Positions 25,991 to 38,349 of a DNA stretch of 64,000 nt are shown piece by piece; positions within the stretch are counted from its first letter, which is position 1, and each line of letters starts with the position of its first letter. Origin of the DNA: Eledone cirrhosa (Eukaryota). The stretch lies in NCBI GenBank assembly GCA_964016885.1, contig OZ024747.1, positions 89,528,001-89,592,000 on the forward strand, given 5' to 3'. The notes under the pieces are model-generated. The model was not told the origin of the DNA. It worked only from the letters and a program-made list of their open reading frames with translations, and did not search any database. A program made the position numbers and the translations under genes.

Positions 25991-26058
25991 ACCTCATGGA
26001 GAGGATCAGGGCATAGAATGAGTCACATAGAAGTTGGTGCCAAATTCTGATTGTTATA

Positions 26059-27128
26059 CTGTGGCAGTAGTGGTGGTGGTAGTAGTGGTGATGGTAGTAG
26101 TGATGGTGGTGGTTGTAGTAGTGGTGATGGTAGTAGTGGTGGTGGTGGTGGTGGTAGTAGTGGTGGTGGTAGTAGTGGTGATGGTAGTAGTGGTGGTGGT
26201 TGTGGTAGTAGTGGTGGTAGTAGTGGTGATGGTAGTAGTGGTGGTGGTGGTGGTAGTGGTGGTGGTAGTAGTGGTGATGGTAGTAGTGGTGGTAGTAGTG
26301 GTGATGGTAGTAGTGGTGGTGGTGGTAGTAGTGGTGATGGTAGTAGTGGTGGTGGTTGTGGTAGTAGTGGTGGTAGTAGTGGTGATGGTAGTAGTAGTAG
26401 TGGTGGTGGTAGTAGTGGTGGTAGTAATGGTGATGGTGGCAGTAGTAGTGGTGGTAGTGGTGGTGGTGGTAGTGGTGATGGTAGTAGTGGTGGTAGTAGT
26501 GGTGATGGTAGTAGTAGTGCTGGAGGAGGTGGTGGTGGTGGTGGTGGTGGTAGGAGTGGTGGTAGTAGTGGTGATGGTAGTCGTAGTAGTGGTGGTGGTA
26601 GTAGTGGTGGTAGTAGTGGTGATGGTGGTAGTAGTAGTAGTGGTGGTAGTAGTGGTGATGGTGGTAGTAGTAGTGGTGGTGGTAGTAGTGGTGATGGTAG
26701 TAGTGGTGGTAGTAGTGGTGATGGTAGTAGTAGGGGTGGTGGAGGTGGTGGTGGTGATGGTGGTAGTAGTGGTGGTAGTAGTGGTGATGGTAGTAGTAGT
26801 AGTGGTGGTGGTAGTAGCGGTGGTAGTAGTGGTGATGGTAGTAGTAGTAGTGGTGGTGGTAGTGGTGGTGGTAGTAGTGGTGATGGTAGTAGTGGTGGTA
26901 GTAGTGGTGATGGTAGTAGTAGTGGTGGTGGAGGTGGTGGTAGTAGTGGTGATGGTAGTAGTAGTGGTGGTGGTGGTGGTGGTAGTGGTGCTGGTAGTAG
27001 TGGTGATGGTAGTAGTGGTGGTAGTAGTGGTGATGGTAGTGGTGGTGGTAGTGGTGGTAGTAGTGGTGGTAGTACTGGTGGTAGTAGTAATAGTGGTAGT
27101 GGCAGTAGTGGTGGTGGTAGTAGTGGTG

Positions 27129-27160
<32 letters not shown>

Positions 27161-27262
27161 GGTGGTGGTGGTGGTGGTACTAGCAGTAGTAACAACAGTA
27201 GTAGTAGTAGAAGTGATGGTGGTATTGGTAGTAGTAATAGTAGTACTAGTAGCGGCAGCAAC

Positions 27263-27317
<55 letters not shown>

Positions 27318-27433
27318 ATAGTAGTAGTAGTGGTGGTGGTGGTAGTGGTAGCAGTAGTAGCAACAGTAGTAGTAGTAGTAGAAGTGATGGTGGTATTGGT
27401 AGTAGTAATAGTAGTACTACTAGCAGCAGTAAC

Positions 27434-27467
<34 letters not shown>

Positions 27468-27478
27468 CCAACAGTAGT
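26059..27478. repeat. 1.4-kb compound (GGT/AGT/GAT)n trinucleotide tract
   Basis: Made almost entirely of GGT, AGT and GAT triplets with a recurring ggtagtagtggtgatggtagtagt motif. Confidence 0.95.
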
Positions 27479-27806
27479 TGTTTATGTCTAACTTGTTTAG
27501 TATTAACTAACTGTAACTGGAAGTAACCTCTGGCAACAAATGTCTTTGGTAATTGAGTCCAGCACATTCCTACCAGCACAGAATCATAATTCATAGCTTT
27601 TATGTCCATTCAAAAACAACTTCAGATGTATTCTTTGATCAAACATATTGCTATAAACTACAATGAATCCCCGTTTTCCTTTCTATAAGAATCATAATCA
27701 TTTTATCGACAGCAGTCTAAGAAAAATAAATATATCTGTGATAATGAATTTGCTTACGTCTAAAAATAAGAACTGTTCTCCTCCCCTTTATATATATATA
27801 TATATA

Positions 27807-30753
27807 TAGGAACAAGTATGACCCCGACGGCAGAGCTCAAACCGTTTCGACGGCTATTTCTGGACTAAATAAGAATTTTTAGCCTGGAAAATAAATAGTC
27901 GGAACTTCTTAGGGGGGTATTTCCTGATATGGGAAGATAGTAATTGTCAAGTGGATTGGTCAAAAATTTGTTGTAAAGACAGATAAATCTATCATGGCAT
28001 TTGGTGGGGGGATGGGGTGGCTGAACTTGCCGGTAGAACAAAGAGGGAGTGGGGGAAACCGAGTCAGGCGTTGAGAGTGAAATCTATATAGCAGATTCTA
28101 AGGATAGTGTATAAAAGGTTGAAAAAAGTGTACTGGAGAAGAGGAGGAGGGATGGGGGAGTTGAAAGAATAGGTAAATCGAAAGGGAGTAAAAAAAACAT
28201 TATAAAAATAAAGGAAATAAATATATAAAAACAATTTCTGGTTACTACTCCACTTCTTCAATCACCAAATTTCTCATTGGTATTGCTAAGCTATAGAAAA
28301 GTTTAATAGGTGGAGAATGGGATAAATACTAAATACGAGATTGTAGTGAAAGAATTTTATAAAGCCGGTTTTACAGGGGGGTCTAAAACCGCTGCTATAG
28401 ATAGTTAGTAATCAGCCAATGCTATCTTACAATGACAGGTTAATAAGTTGAGAACAAAAATACTAAAATACTACTACAAAAATACTAATACAAAATACCA
28501 CTAAGAAATTTAGAAACCATAGAAATGGAAGCATCAGCCAGAAAGAAAAAAAAAAGTTTACTTGGGTCTAACACATCTGCTATAAAAAGCGTAATCGGCC
28601 AATTCTATCTTAAACTTAGGGGGAGGGGTACTGAGGGGGTTCTGAGGACCGATGGGCTGCATCGGGGTAGACGAAAGGTGAAAAAAAGACGAGGAAGGAA
28701 ATCTGGGGTGGAAGGACTAGGAAGGGAAGAGGGGTAGAAGGAAACAGAGGAAAAGATAAAAAGTTACGTCTACCTTTGTAAGCAGGGGTTTCCCCTTACT
28801 AAATCGGCAAGTGGGGGTATCAGCCCTCGTCTACCCCCCCGGTCATTATGGGGGTTGAGAGCGAGGTAAGTCCTATGCAATCTGTGTTTGCATGCGGTTA
28901 CCAATTCGTCTTTCTTGTTTAGGAGTTGGTCCTTCGAAAACAACATCTGTAATGTTTCCTCCGAGCGTAAGTTACACGGACGGCGTCCTCCCGTGTAAGA
29001 GTTATCTCTGGACAGTAAGCTCCCAGTGAGATTGTAGGTTATATTATTATCTTTGAGGTCCCAGATGTGGCCGGAAAGTGTAGTGGCATGTCGCCGGGTC
29101 GGGTTTCGGAAAGTATGTCTGTGTTGAAGTCAAGCGGTTAATCCTATATAAGCTTTTGTTGGAGATGTCCGTCCTCACATTGCAGTGGTAGATCACATTA
29201 CGACCTCGGCATCTATTGTTGAGGGGGCACATGGATCTATCAGGACAGTTACACCTCCTGGTCGGCTCTCCACTGATGTCTAGGTTATTTCTTCTATAGA
29301 GGTTGAGTTATATAGGATTAACCGCATGTGACTTCAAGACCGGCTCTACCAACACCGACATACTTTCCGAAACCCGGCCCGGCGACATGCCACTACATTT
29401 TCCGGCCACATCTGGGACCTCAAAGATAATAATATAACCTACAATCTCACCTGGAGCTTACTGTCCAGAGCTAACTCTTACACGGGAGGACGCCGTCCGT
29501 GTAACTTATGCTCGGAGGAAACATTACAAATGCTGTTTCGAAGGACCAACTCCTAAACAAGAAAGACGAACTGGTAACCGCATGCAAACACAGATTGCAT
29601 AGGACTTACCTCGCTCTCAAACCCCATAATGACCGGGGAGGGGTGGTAGACAAGGGCTGGTACACCCCACTTGTCGATTTTGTAAGGGAAAACCCCTGCT
29701 TACGAAGGTAGGCGTAACCTTTTTATCTTTTCCTCTATGTTTCCTTCTTCCCCCTTCTCTTCCTAGTCCTTCCACCCCAAATCTCCTTCCTCGTCTTTTT
29801 TTCACCTTTCGCCTACCCCGATGCAGCCCATAGGTCCTCTGTAGCCTCAGTACCGCCTCCCCCCTCAGTTTAATATAGAATTGGCCGATTACGCTTTTTA
29901 TATCAGATGAGTTAGACCCAAGTAAACTTTTTTTCTTTCTTTCTGGTTGCTGCTCCATTTCTATAGTTTCTAAATTTTTGTATTAGTATTTTGTAGTAGT
30001 ATTTTTGTAGTAGTATTTTAGTATTTTTGTTCTCAACTTATTAACCTGTCATTGTAAGATAGCATTGGCTGATTACTAACTATCTATAGCAGCGGTTTTA
30101 GACCCCTCTGTAAAACCGGCTTTATAAAATTCTTTCACTACAATCTCGTATTTAGTATTTATCCCATTCTCCACCTATTAAACTTTTCTATAGCTTAGCA
30201 ATACCAATGAGAAATTTGGTGATTGAAGAAGTGGAGTAGTAACCAGAAATTGTTTTTATATATTTATTTCCTTTATTTTTATAATGTTTTTTTTTACTCC
30301 CTTTCGATTTACCTATTCTTTCAACTCCCCCATCCCTCCTCCTCTTCTCCAGTACACTTTTTTCAACCTTTTATACACTATCCTTAGAATCTGCTATATA
30401 GATTTCACTCTCAACGCCTGACTCGGTTTCCCCCACTCCCTCTTTGTTCTACCGGCAAGTTCAGCCACCCCATCCCCCCACCAAATGCCATGATAGATTT
30501 ATCTGTCTTTACAACAAATTTTTGACCAATCCACTTGACATTTACTATCTTCCCATATAAGGAAATACCCCTTGAGAAGTTCGGCTATTTATTTACCAGG
30601 CTAACAATTCTTATTTAGACCAGAAATAGCCGTCAAAACGGCTTGAGCTCTGCCGTCGGGGTCATACTTGTTCCTATTACCCACTCTAGTACCCTAAGTA
30701 TTGAGTACTTTGGTGTGTTATGGTCCATCTGGTTCCTTACCACAATTGCTTCG
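27807..30753. mobile_element. Penelope-like element (Neptune-type), head-to-head foldback of the GIY-YIG endonuclease region and 3' region
   Basis: Arms 27807-29151 and 29308-30676 are reverse complements. The minus strand reads RRCNCPDRSMCPLNNRCRGRNVIYHC...YIGLT. The plus strand reads YIGLT..RLYQHRHTF...LTWSLL...CNLCSEE..LLNKKDELVTACKHR with frameshifts. The right arm has a ~77-bp extension and both ends abut (TA)n. Confidence 0.9.
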
Positions 30754-30796
<43 letters not shown>

Positions 30797-32588
30797 TAAA
30801 TCTACCAATCAATGGTAGGGTTTAAACCGTATGAAGAACTCAATGTAATCTGTATGTAGAAGATGTCGTGAAGCAAAGTTTAAAATACAAAACTTTCAAC
30901 GATATAATTCATTGGATACAGAGTCAAAAATAGAAATATTAAAACAATGAAATTAAACAAAAAATGGTTAATTCATAGTAAAACTCATTATCTTACGATC
31001 ATTTTTTTGGGGGGGGGGGGGGGTAGTGCCCATATGTCCATTCAATGTAAAATATATGTAAAATTCTATGTAAAATATATTACAAAATATATTACAAAAT
31101 ATCATAATAAGAAAAAATACATACGTCTTCACTACCGCCATCTTCAGAAATAATGATTTTTGTTTATTGAAGAATACAAAAAAACATACATATGAATAAG
31201 TAAGGTTTTATAACCAGGTTGAGGTTGACCAATAGTAAGAATAGGAAGGGGCAGTATAGATCCTTAAGTTGGTAGTAGTAGATGAATAAATAAGTCAGGG
31301 GATGAGGTATCAAATGACTCTTAAGAAAAGAAAAGAAAGTTGCTAGTGTAAATGAATTTAGACATATTGTATATAAAAATGTTGATGGTCAAAGAAGATT
31401 ACGGTTGGAGGAAAAGGGGTACTGAGATTAGTGTGTTACATCAAGTAGAATGGTATAGAATAATCTTAAAATGTTTGTTATTTCTTTGTTGTGAGGAATA
31501 ATTTGTTCTAAAAATATATAATATAATAAGTAGCGGAATATAAATGAAACCAAATGGAAGTAAAATTTAGATATAATATAGATAAAATATTATATAGGTC
31601 AGAAAATACCAAAGTTTGTGTAAGTATTTTATTGTGTTAGAGTGGCTAGAATGAAGTTTTCCCTGTAGGGAATTATATTTTCGAATAAGAATCTACATTT
31701 ATAATCTGTTTGTTTTTTTAAAAAAAGGAGATTTAAATGGATATCAGTTAAACATTTTGTTAGATTATTTAAAATAATGTAATATATAGTGCTAAATTAT
31801 AGTTAATTACTTAAAACAGTTATAGGGATGAGATATAGGATTTAATCCATGGATTAATTCTAATAGCAGAACATATATATATATATATAGATAGATAGAT
31901 ATACACATGCATATATATACACACATATATATACATGCACACACACACACATACACATATATATACATGCACACACACACATACACATACAATATACACA
32001 CACACACACACACACACACATGTATATATATAAGCATACACTTATGCATGCACATACATATACACACACACACAATTGTATATAAAATGAAGAAATATTC
32101 TATATAAATGTACCTTATTATAATTGTTTCTACTTTTGCACAAGGCCAGCAAATACCCAGTACATTACTGGTACTTTATTTTATCGACCCCGTAAGGATG
32201 AAAGGCAAAGTTAACCTTGGCGGGATTTGAACTCAGAATATACCTTATTATAATGAGGCTTTAACTAGAAGTGGCTACAAAGATAAAATATTTTACATAC
32301 CTAACACCATGAATACCCCAGTCCTAAATAAATGAGGTCGTGTAGGTGTCACAACAAAAAAACATAGTCCACGCTGTAATGTGGCCGTGTAGGTAACACG
32401 GTTAAAACCTCCCAGTCCACACTGTAAACGTGGTTGTTGTTAGGAAGTGCATCCAGCTGTAGAAAACCCGCCAGACAGTTCTATACGAACAAGACAACCA
32501 ATCTTGCGTCACGTGGGACAACTCCCATCTAAACCCATGATAGCGTGGAAGATAGACATTAAACGACGATGATGATGATGATGATATC

Positions 32589-32620
<32 letters not shown>

Positions 32621-32747
32621 CATATATACACACACATATATATACACACATATATATGTGTGTATATATATACATATGTGTATATATATATATACATACA
32701 TATATACATATGTGTATATATATATAAATATATACATACATATATAC

Positions 32748-32788
<41 letters not shown>

Positions 32789-32830
32789 TATATATATATA
32801 TACATATATATATACACATATATATACATA

Positions 32831-32862
<32 letters not shown>

Positions 32863-33065
32863 ACTATATTTATTCCCTTACAGAAACTAATTAGTTGGAA
32901 TGAAAATTTTAGTAAGTAAGTTAATTTTTAAAATTTTCTTATTTTACGTCTTTCATATAATTGTTCTGCATCCCCCTGCATAGAACTACAAAGGTACTAA
33001 GACATAACATATATATTTGCTAGCATGGGTGTACATCTGTATACATATGTTGGTAGATATACTAA

Positions 33066-33131
<66 letters not shown>

Positions 33132-33229
33132 GTAAGCCATCGCCGTATTTTGACTAAAGAAATTAGAGAAATTATTTAGCCTGATAGTGGGGCTAAGAAC
33201 CCTCGGAGAAAATGGAATAAGATGAGTAT

Positions 33230-33301
33230 TGACGTACATGGGAGTCGAACCCACATCTTTGGTTATCCAGACCACTGTGCTTCCATCTACACCAACACAT
33301 C
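33230..33301 (-). pseudogene. tRNA-like sequence (anticodon GGA, short variable loop); probably a SINE head or pseudo-tRNA
   Basis: The minus strand folds as a cloverleaf: acceptor gatgtgt/gtacgtc (3 G-U pairs), D gtgt/gcac, anticodon tggt-ctGGAta-acca, T gtggg-ttcgact-cccat. Confidence 0.7.
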
Positions 33302-33438
33302 ACCCGTGATGTGTTGGTGTAAATCTTTTTCCATTTTTCCATTTTCTTAACCCCACTATTACAGGGTCGATAAAATAAAGTACCAGTAATGTACTGGGTA
33401 ATTGCTGGCCTTGTGCCAAATGTAGAAACAATTATTAC

Positions 33439-33473
<35 letters not shown>

Positions 33474-34674
33474 CAAAAAATATTAAAAACAAAACCATTC
33501 TATTACACATCTCTCTTTCCCACTTTAATCATTATACAAAGCAGTATACTAAATCTTTCTTCTGCTGAAACAACTTTTTTTTATAAGCAGCAGTCTTACT
33601 TGCCGTTAATATCCCCAACCCCTCACCTCTTTTTGTCCCCACCAGCATTTAGTTTATTGAGATTTAAAAAACTCATTAAAACCATAACATATACTTCATA
33701 TTGGAAATTTTTTTAATATTTTTTTTATCACTGAAAATTTCTGCATTTTATTTTTGACAAGTACCTTAATTTAAAACAGAAACATCTGACAATTATGCAA
33801 GATAATATAAAAACCAGACACATCCTAGAATAAACAGGATTTTTTATTTTTATTGCAAAGCAATAGAAAAACTAAGAATGAAAATATATACAAAATATTA
33901 AAGCATCTTATTCAATTATTCAGTCATAGAATATTTGTAGGATTAAGAAGCTAAAAACTATGCCTACTGATAATGTATCAGCACTAATATGTTTATATCA
34001 ACTCCCATTTTTTCTGATTAAATGAAGGGATGGTTATATTTATTCTTGTTGCTCTTTGAAGCTGATTTTCTCCAGGATTACTTGATAGTAAAGAAACTTT
34101 TTTTTTTCTTCTTTTTTTACCAACATAGCTTTGCAGAATACTTAAACATTTACCTTGGGTGGGAAAAGAAAATTAATTCTTAAACATTTTGTAGTTATCA
34201 TATATTTTTTTACAAACATTCGTTTTGCTTTGTATATATGTGATTCAATATAGCTAGCTCTGTAATACTGGAATGAGGAGCCAGTCACAATTATAGTAGC
34301 AGTAAATATGCCCACCACTCCTAATGAGTGCAGACAGAAAATTTTATATAAACAATTAAATGGACGGAGTTATAAACACAGAATGGTGATATCGTGATTT
34401 CAAATAGTAATAACAAAAGCAACAACAATAGCAATGAATATTTTGCTAGCATTGTGAGCCAGAATAAAGTACTAGATATGGGCAAACTCCAAGCAAATTT
34501 AAAGGCAGGCATAGATGAAGTATGTCACTAAATTGAGTGTATCCTTGTCCGAGGAATTTACTCAATAAAGGATAAGGAAAAAAAAAGTAGTGTACTTCTT
34601 TAAAAAAAAAAAAATTTAGATATACCCTCAAAAGAGAAGTTGGAATGATCTCTAACTGATAAACCTTCTCAAAT

Positions 34675-34817
34675 GATGGAACCATATTACATAAATAGGA
34701 GTAATACATCAGCCAAAGTTAGATGGTACCATATTACATAAACAGGAGTAATACATCAGCCAAAGTTAGATGGTACCATATTACATAAACAGGAGTAATA
34801 CATCAGCCAAAGTTAGA
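34675..34817. repeat. 47-bp tandem repeat x3
   Basis: gatggtaccatattacataaacaggagtaatacatcagccaaagtta starts at 34675, 34722 and 34769. Confidence 0.95.
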
Positions 34818-36149
34818 GATATTGGTGCCAATGTCGACTCTTAGCTAATCATCATTTTTGCAGCACTGTACAGAGCATTGAAGTAATCTGTGACAACTTA
34901 TGGTCAGTTATGATTTGCATGGACATCTCATCCTAAAGTTTCTCGTTTGGGATGAAATTTTGTCAGAAACTAATTGTTTCTACTTTTAGCACAAGGCCAG
35001 CAATTACCCAGTGCATTACTGGTACTTTATTTTATCGACCCTGTAAGGATGAAAGGCAAAATTAACCTTGGCGGAATTTGAACTCAGAATGGCAAGGGCC
35101 ATAACTCTATGCGTTAAAGTATGGTGTCCGACCCTCTACTGATACTGCCAATCCACTGCTATGGCCCTCTATGATCTGAGTTCAAATCCCGCTGAGGTTA
35201 ACTTTACCTTTCATCCTTACCGGGTTGATAAAATAAAGTACCAGTAATGTACTGGCCTTGTGCCAAAAATAGAAACAATTTGTCAGAAACTAATGGTATT
35301 TATAAAGCATTGAACAAAAGCTTATTTTTTAAAATTCAGTTATGACTAAATATAAATTCTGCTATGGTTAACTTGTACATATTTTATCAACTCTGTAAAG
35401 ATGAAAGACCAGTCAAATACGAGGGAGGACAATCATCATTATCATCACCACCCCCACTATTTTATATCCACTTTTCCTTGCTGGCATAGGAAGAATGTGT
35501 CATTTTTCCAATACAGCATACCTCCATTTGTTGCAGCCATTTGTTCTTTCTACTGTGAGCTTCACCAATTTGAGATTAGCTCTCACCACTCCTGCCCAGG
35601 TCTTTCTTTGTCTCCCTCTACTGTGGCTTGCTTCCACTGAGATTTCTTGACACTTCTTTACTCAGTGATCATCATCCATATACATCACATGTCCATACTA
35701 GTGCAGTCTTCTCTCTTGTACGCTACATATAATTCCTCTTATACCCAGTTTATCTCTTAGTTCATCCATGATTCATCATTCCCACATATTAACATTTAAC
35801 ATCCATGAAAGATTGCTGGTTTGGGGTTTCATTTCTCTCCAGCCTTTACATATGCTCTGCATCACTGCTATGTCTCACTAGTATTGCACATTGCACACAG
35901 CCAGACACTTTTTGATAGAGAGATGCCTTTTGTTGTCAACAGAAGTAGTAACTCCCTGAACTTTTTTCCATCCTGTCCTTATTCTAGTTACTATGCTCTT
36001 GGATCATCTTCCTCCACTGCTAAATAGATCACCCAGGTCGCATAAACTACCAAAATAAACCCCTACCCTAACCCATTAAATTTGAGACTTTATTCCTCTA
36101 TGTTTGAAATCAATAATATAGAGGTGTTGTTTCCTTGAAAGACTGTCCA

Positions 36150-36560
36150 AACATGGAGGAGAGTAGTGTAAGACTATTTTCTTGATATGAATAGTGATTG
36201 TATCTTACTGATAGAGGAGGAAACTCTGTTGTCATGTCTCCATTGTAAAATGTTATTGAATCTTTGGTGTGAATTGTTTGTATACATGAAGATGACATCC
36301 ATGTTTAAAAGGTTAAGGAGGAGTCTTGAACAATTGTATTATCGACATTGTTGTGTTTATGGTGAGAAGTAACAATGTTAAAGTTAAGCATCTTCTGAGA
36401 TGCATTCATATGTATAGAATGTCTGTCTGTGAATACTGTAATGAAATGGTCGAACAGAAAACTTCAAAGCAAAGATAAGGGAGGTAGATAGTACCTATGT
36501 ATAATCAATGTATCTAAGAGTTTCTGATGTCAAACACAACTAAAGGTTTGCTGGTGTAAA
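36150..36560 (-). mobile_element. Possible highly decayed Penelope-type RT fragment
   Basis: The minus strand gives ANL...LRYID and a later MDVIF, loosely matching the YANL, RYIDD and FLDV motifs. Many stops are present. Confidence 0.3.
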
Positions 36561-37771
36561 GGGCATCAATATGATTTTTACCATCGAGTCAGATCTATTA
36601 TTGTTGTTGGTTAGTTCCATGCTAGCCTCGATAGCAAACCTAAGATCAAAGGTATTCCAGTCATTACCATCCAGTCTTTTGTCTTGCAAAGTGTGCCCCA
36701 GACTACATTATAAAATTTGTCTTTTTGTTGAGACTGCAAGGCCTAGTTTGAAGGAGAGTTGATTTCTATATATAGCAGTTTGAGTGGCCGCACATAACCT
36801 CTTGCTTACTGAGAAAGATGAAAGTTGATAAAAGAAATTATAGTTTATGACTCTTTTTCATCTAAGAGTTTTAGAAATGACACTGGTAGGTCAGTAGATG
36901 ATACTTCTTGCAAATGAGACACTTTGAAACTACTAGCTTTTTTTTTGCTCTGCTACTTTGGTGCTCTGTCAGAACTAAGGAATGAATGAACCAAAATTGT
37001 TGCCAAAAATCATAGAAATATATTTCATTTAAAGTATGCCGGTTTAAAAAGAAAATATTGGGATATTTAAGAAGAGGATGAAGTCAAGAAAAGAATATAG
37101 CAAGCACAGATTATCAGTCTTTTGGTGAGTATCTGTGTATGATTAGTTTAACACTTCTGTTACTATATTTGAAATGAAGTGTACTGCCAGTGTGTTTGAA
37201 TTAATTTTGAAAATAATGACAAAGTTTGAAGAATTTAATGAAATGAGTAATTCTTTCATTAGTAAGCTGATGTTTAGAACATTAATTAACAAAAGTTTCT
37301 TATGTAAATATATAATTGTTTCTACTTTTGGCACAAGGCCAGCAATTATCCCAGTACATTACTGGTACTTTATTTTATCGACCCCGTAAGGATGAAAGGC
37401 AAAGTTAACCTCGGAGGGATTTGAAGTCAGAAATGGATGGTTATAATAGTCTCTGATTTAGGTACAAAGCCAACAATTTGGAAAGAGGGGAAAGTCGATT
37501 AAATCAGCTCAGTGTATTATTGGTACTTTATTTTATCAACCCTGTAAGGATGAAAGACAAAGCTAAGCTCAGCAAGATCTAATTTCAGGATGTAAAGGTA
37601 CATAACTATATATTGCAAAGCATCATGTCCAATACTCTACTGATACTGCCAATCCACCACCCTATGAACAGTTAAAATATAAGTATTCACACTTTAAGAT
37701 AGGCAGCGTGTGGGTCCCCATTTGCTCACAATAGTGAGAGATGTGGAGAGTGGGAGAGATGGAGGCGGTGA

Positions 37772-37820
<49 letters not shown>

Positions 37821-38044
37821 CTTCCATCCCTCTCCCCCTCTGTATCAAAATTGTTCAGTTACATTATATAATTGCATATATGGCCAGTTTTATATCATAG
37901 AACCAGAGGCAGCTTCTAGCGGTTTGGTATGAAAAAGGTTAATATGGACTGATATTTTGAGTGGTGTAGTTACTAACTATCATAATAAGAACCAAAGTTT
38001 AAATTCAATGGTAGGGGAGATCAAAGCAATTGGAGGACTCTGAT

Positions 38045-38349
38045 TTAACCCTTTAGCATTTACATTACTATTATATTTTCATGTAAAGGCTTTATCTCAC
38101 ATTATTATCTCACATTATCGAATCTACGAGATTTTGATGATGATATTTATTTTGAGAACAATACCTTAATGTCAGTATGAATGGCCAGTTACAGCTGGTT
38201 TCAACAGTAAGAGGTGAGAGAATTCTGTTCGGATGCAGCTGATTTGAACAGAAAGAGGTGAGAGAATTCTGGCCGGTTACAGCTGGTTTGAACAGAAAGA
38301 GGTGAGAGATTCTGTTCGGATACAGCCAGTTTAAAAGCTAAAGGGTTAA
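38045..38349 (-). mobile_element. piggyBac-like MITE with internal triplication of a ~44-bp segment
   Basis: ttaa-ccctttagcattt ... aagctaaaggg-ttaa, with gaacagaaagaggtgagagaattctg repeated three times. Confidence 0.8.

Noticed and set aside
25399-26050. Long ORFs in all frames; CRISPR-like appearance
   Set aside because: This is a pure 20-bp tandem repeat with no spacers. The ORFs arise because the unit lacks stop codons.
26023-27609. 528-aa Pro/Leu and 485-aa poly-Val ORFs
   Set aside because: These are alternative frames of a trinucleotide tract with no codon diversity or domains.
30790-31870. Possible additional Penelope remnant on the minus strand
   Set aside because: Only a degenerate hammerhead-like motif and TA flanks are present. 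No protein motif was recognised.
31807-32894. YI/CV/HT-rich ORFs (also at 1028, 4770, 9683, 18638 and 56148-56975)
   Set aside because: These are translations of (TA)n and (CA)n microsatellites.
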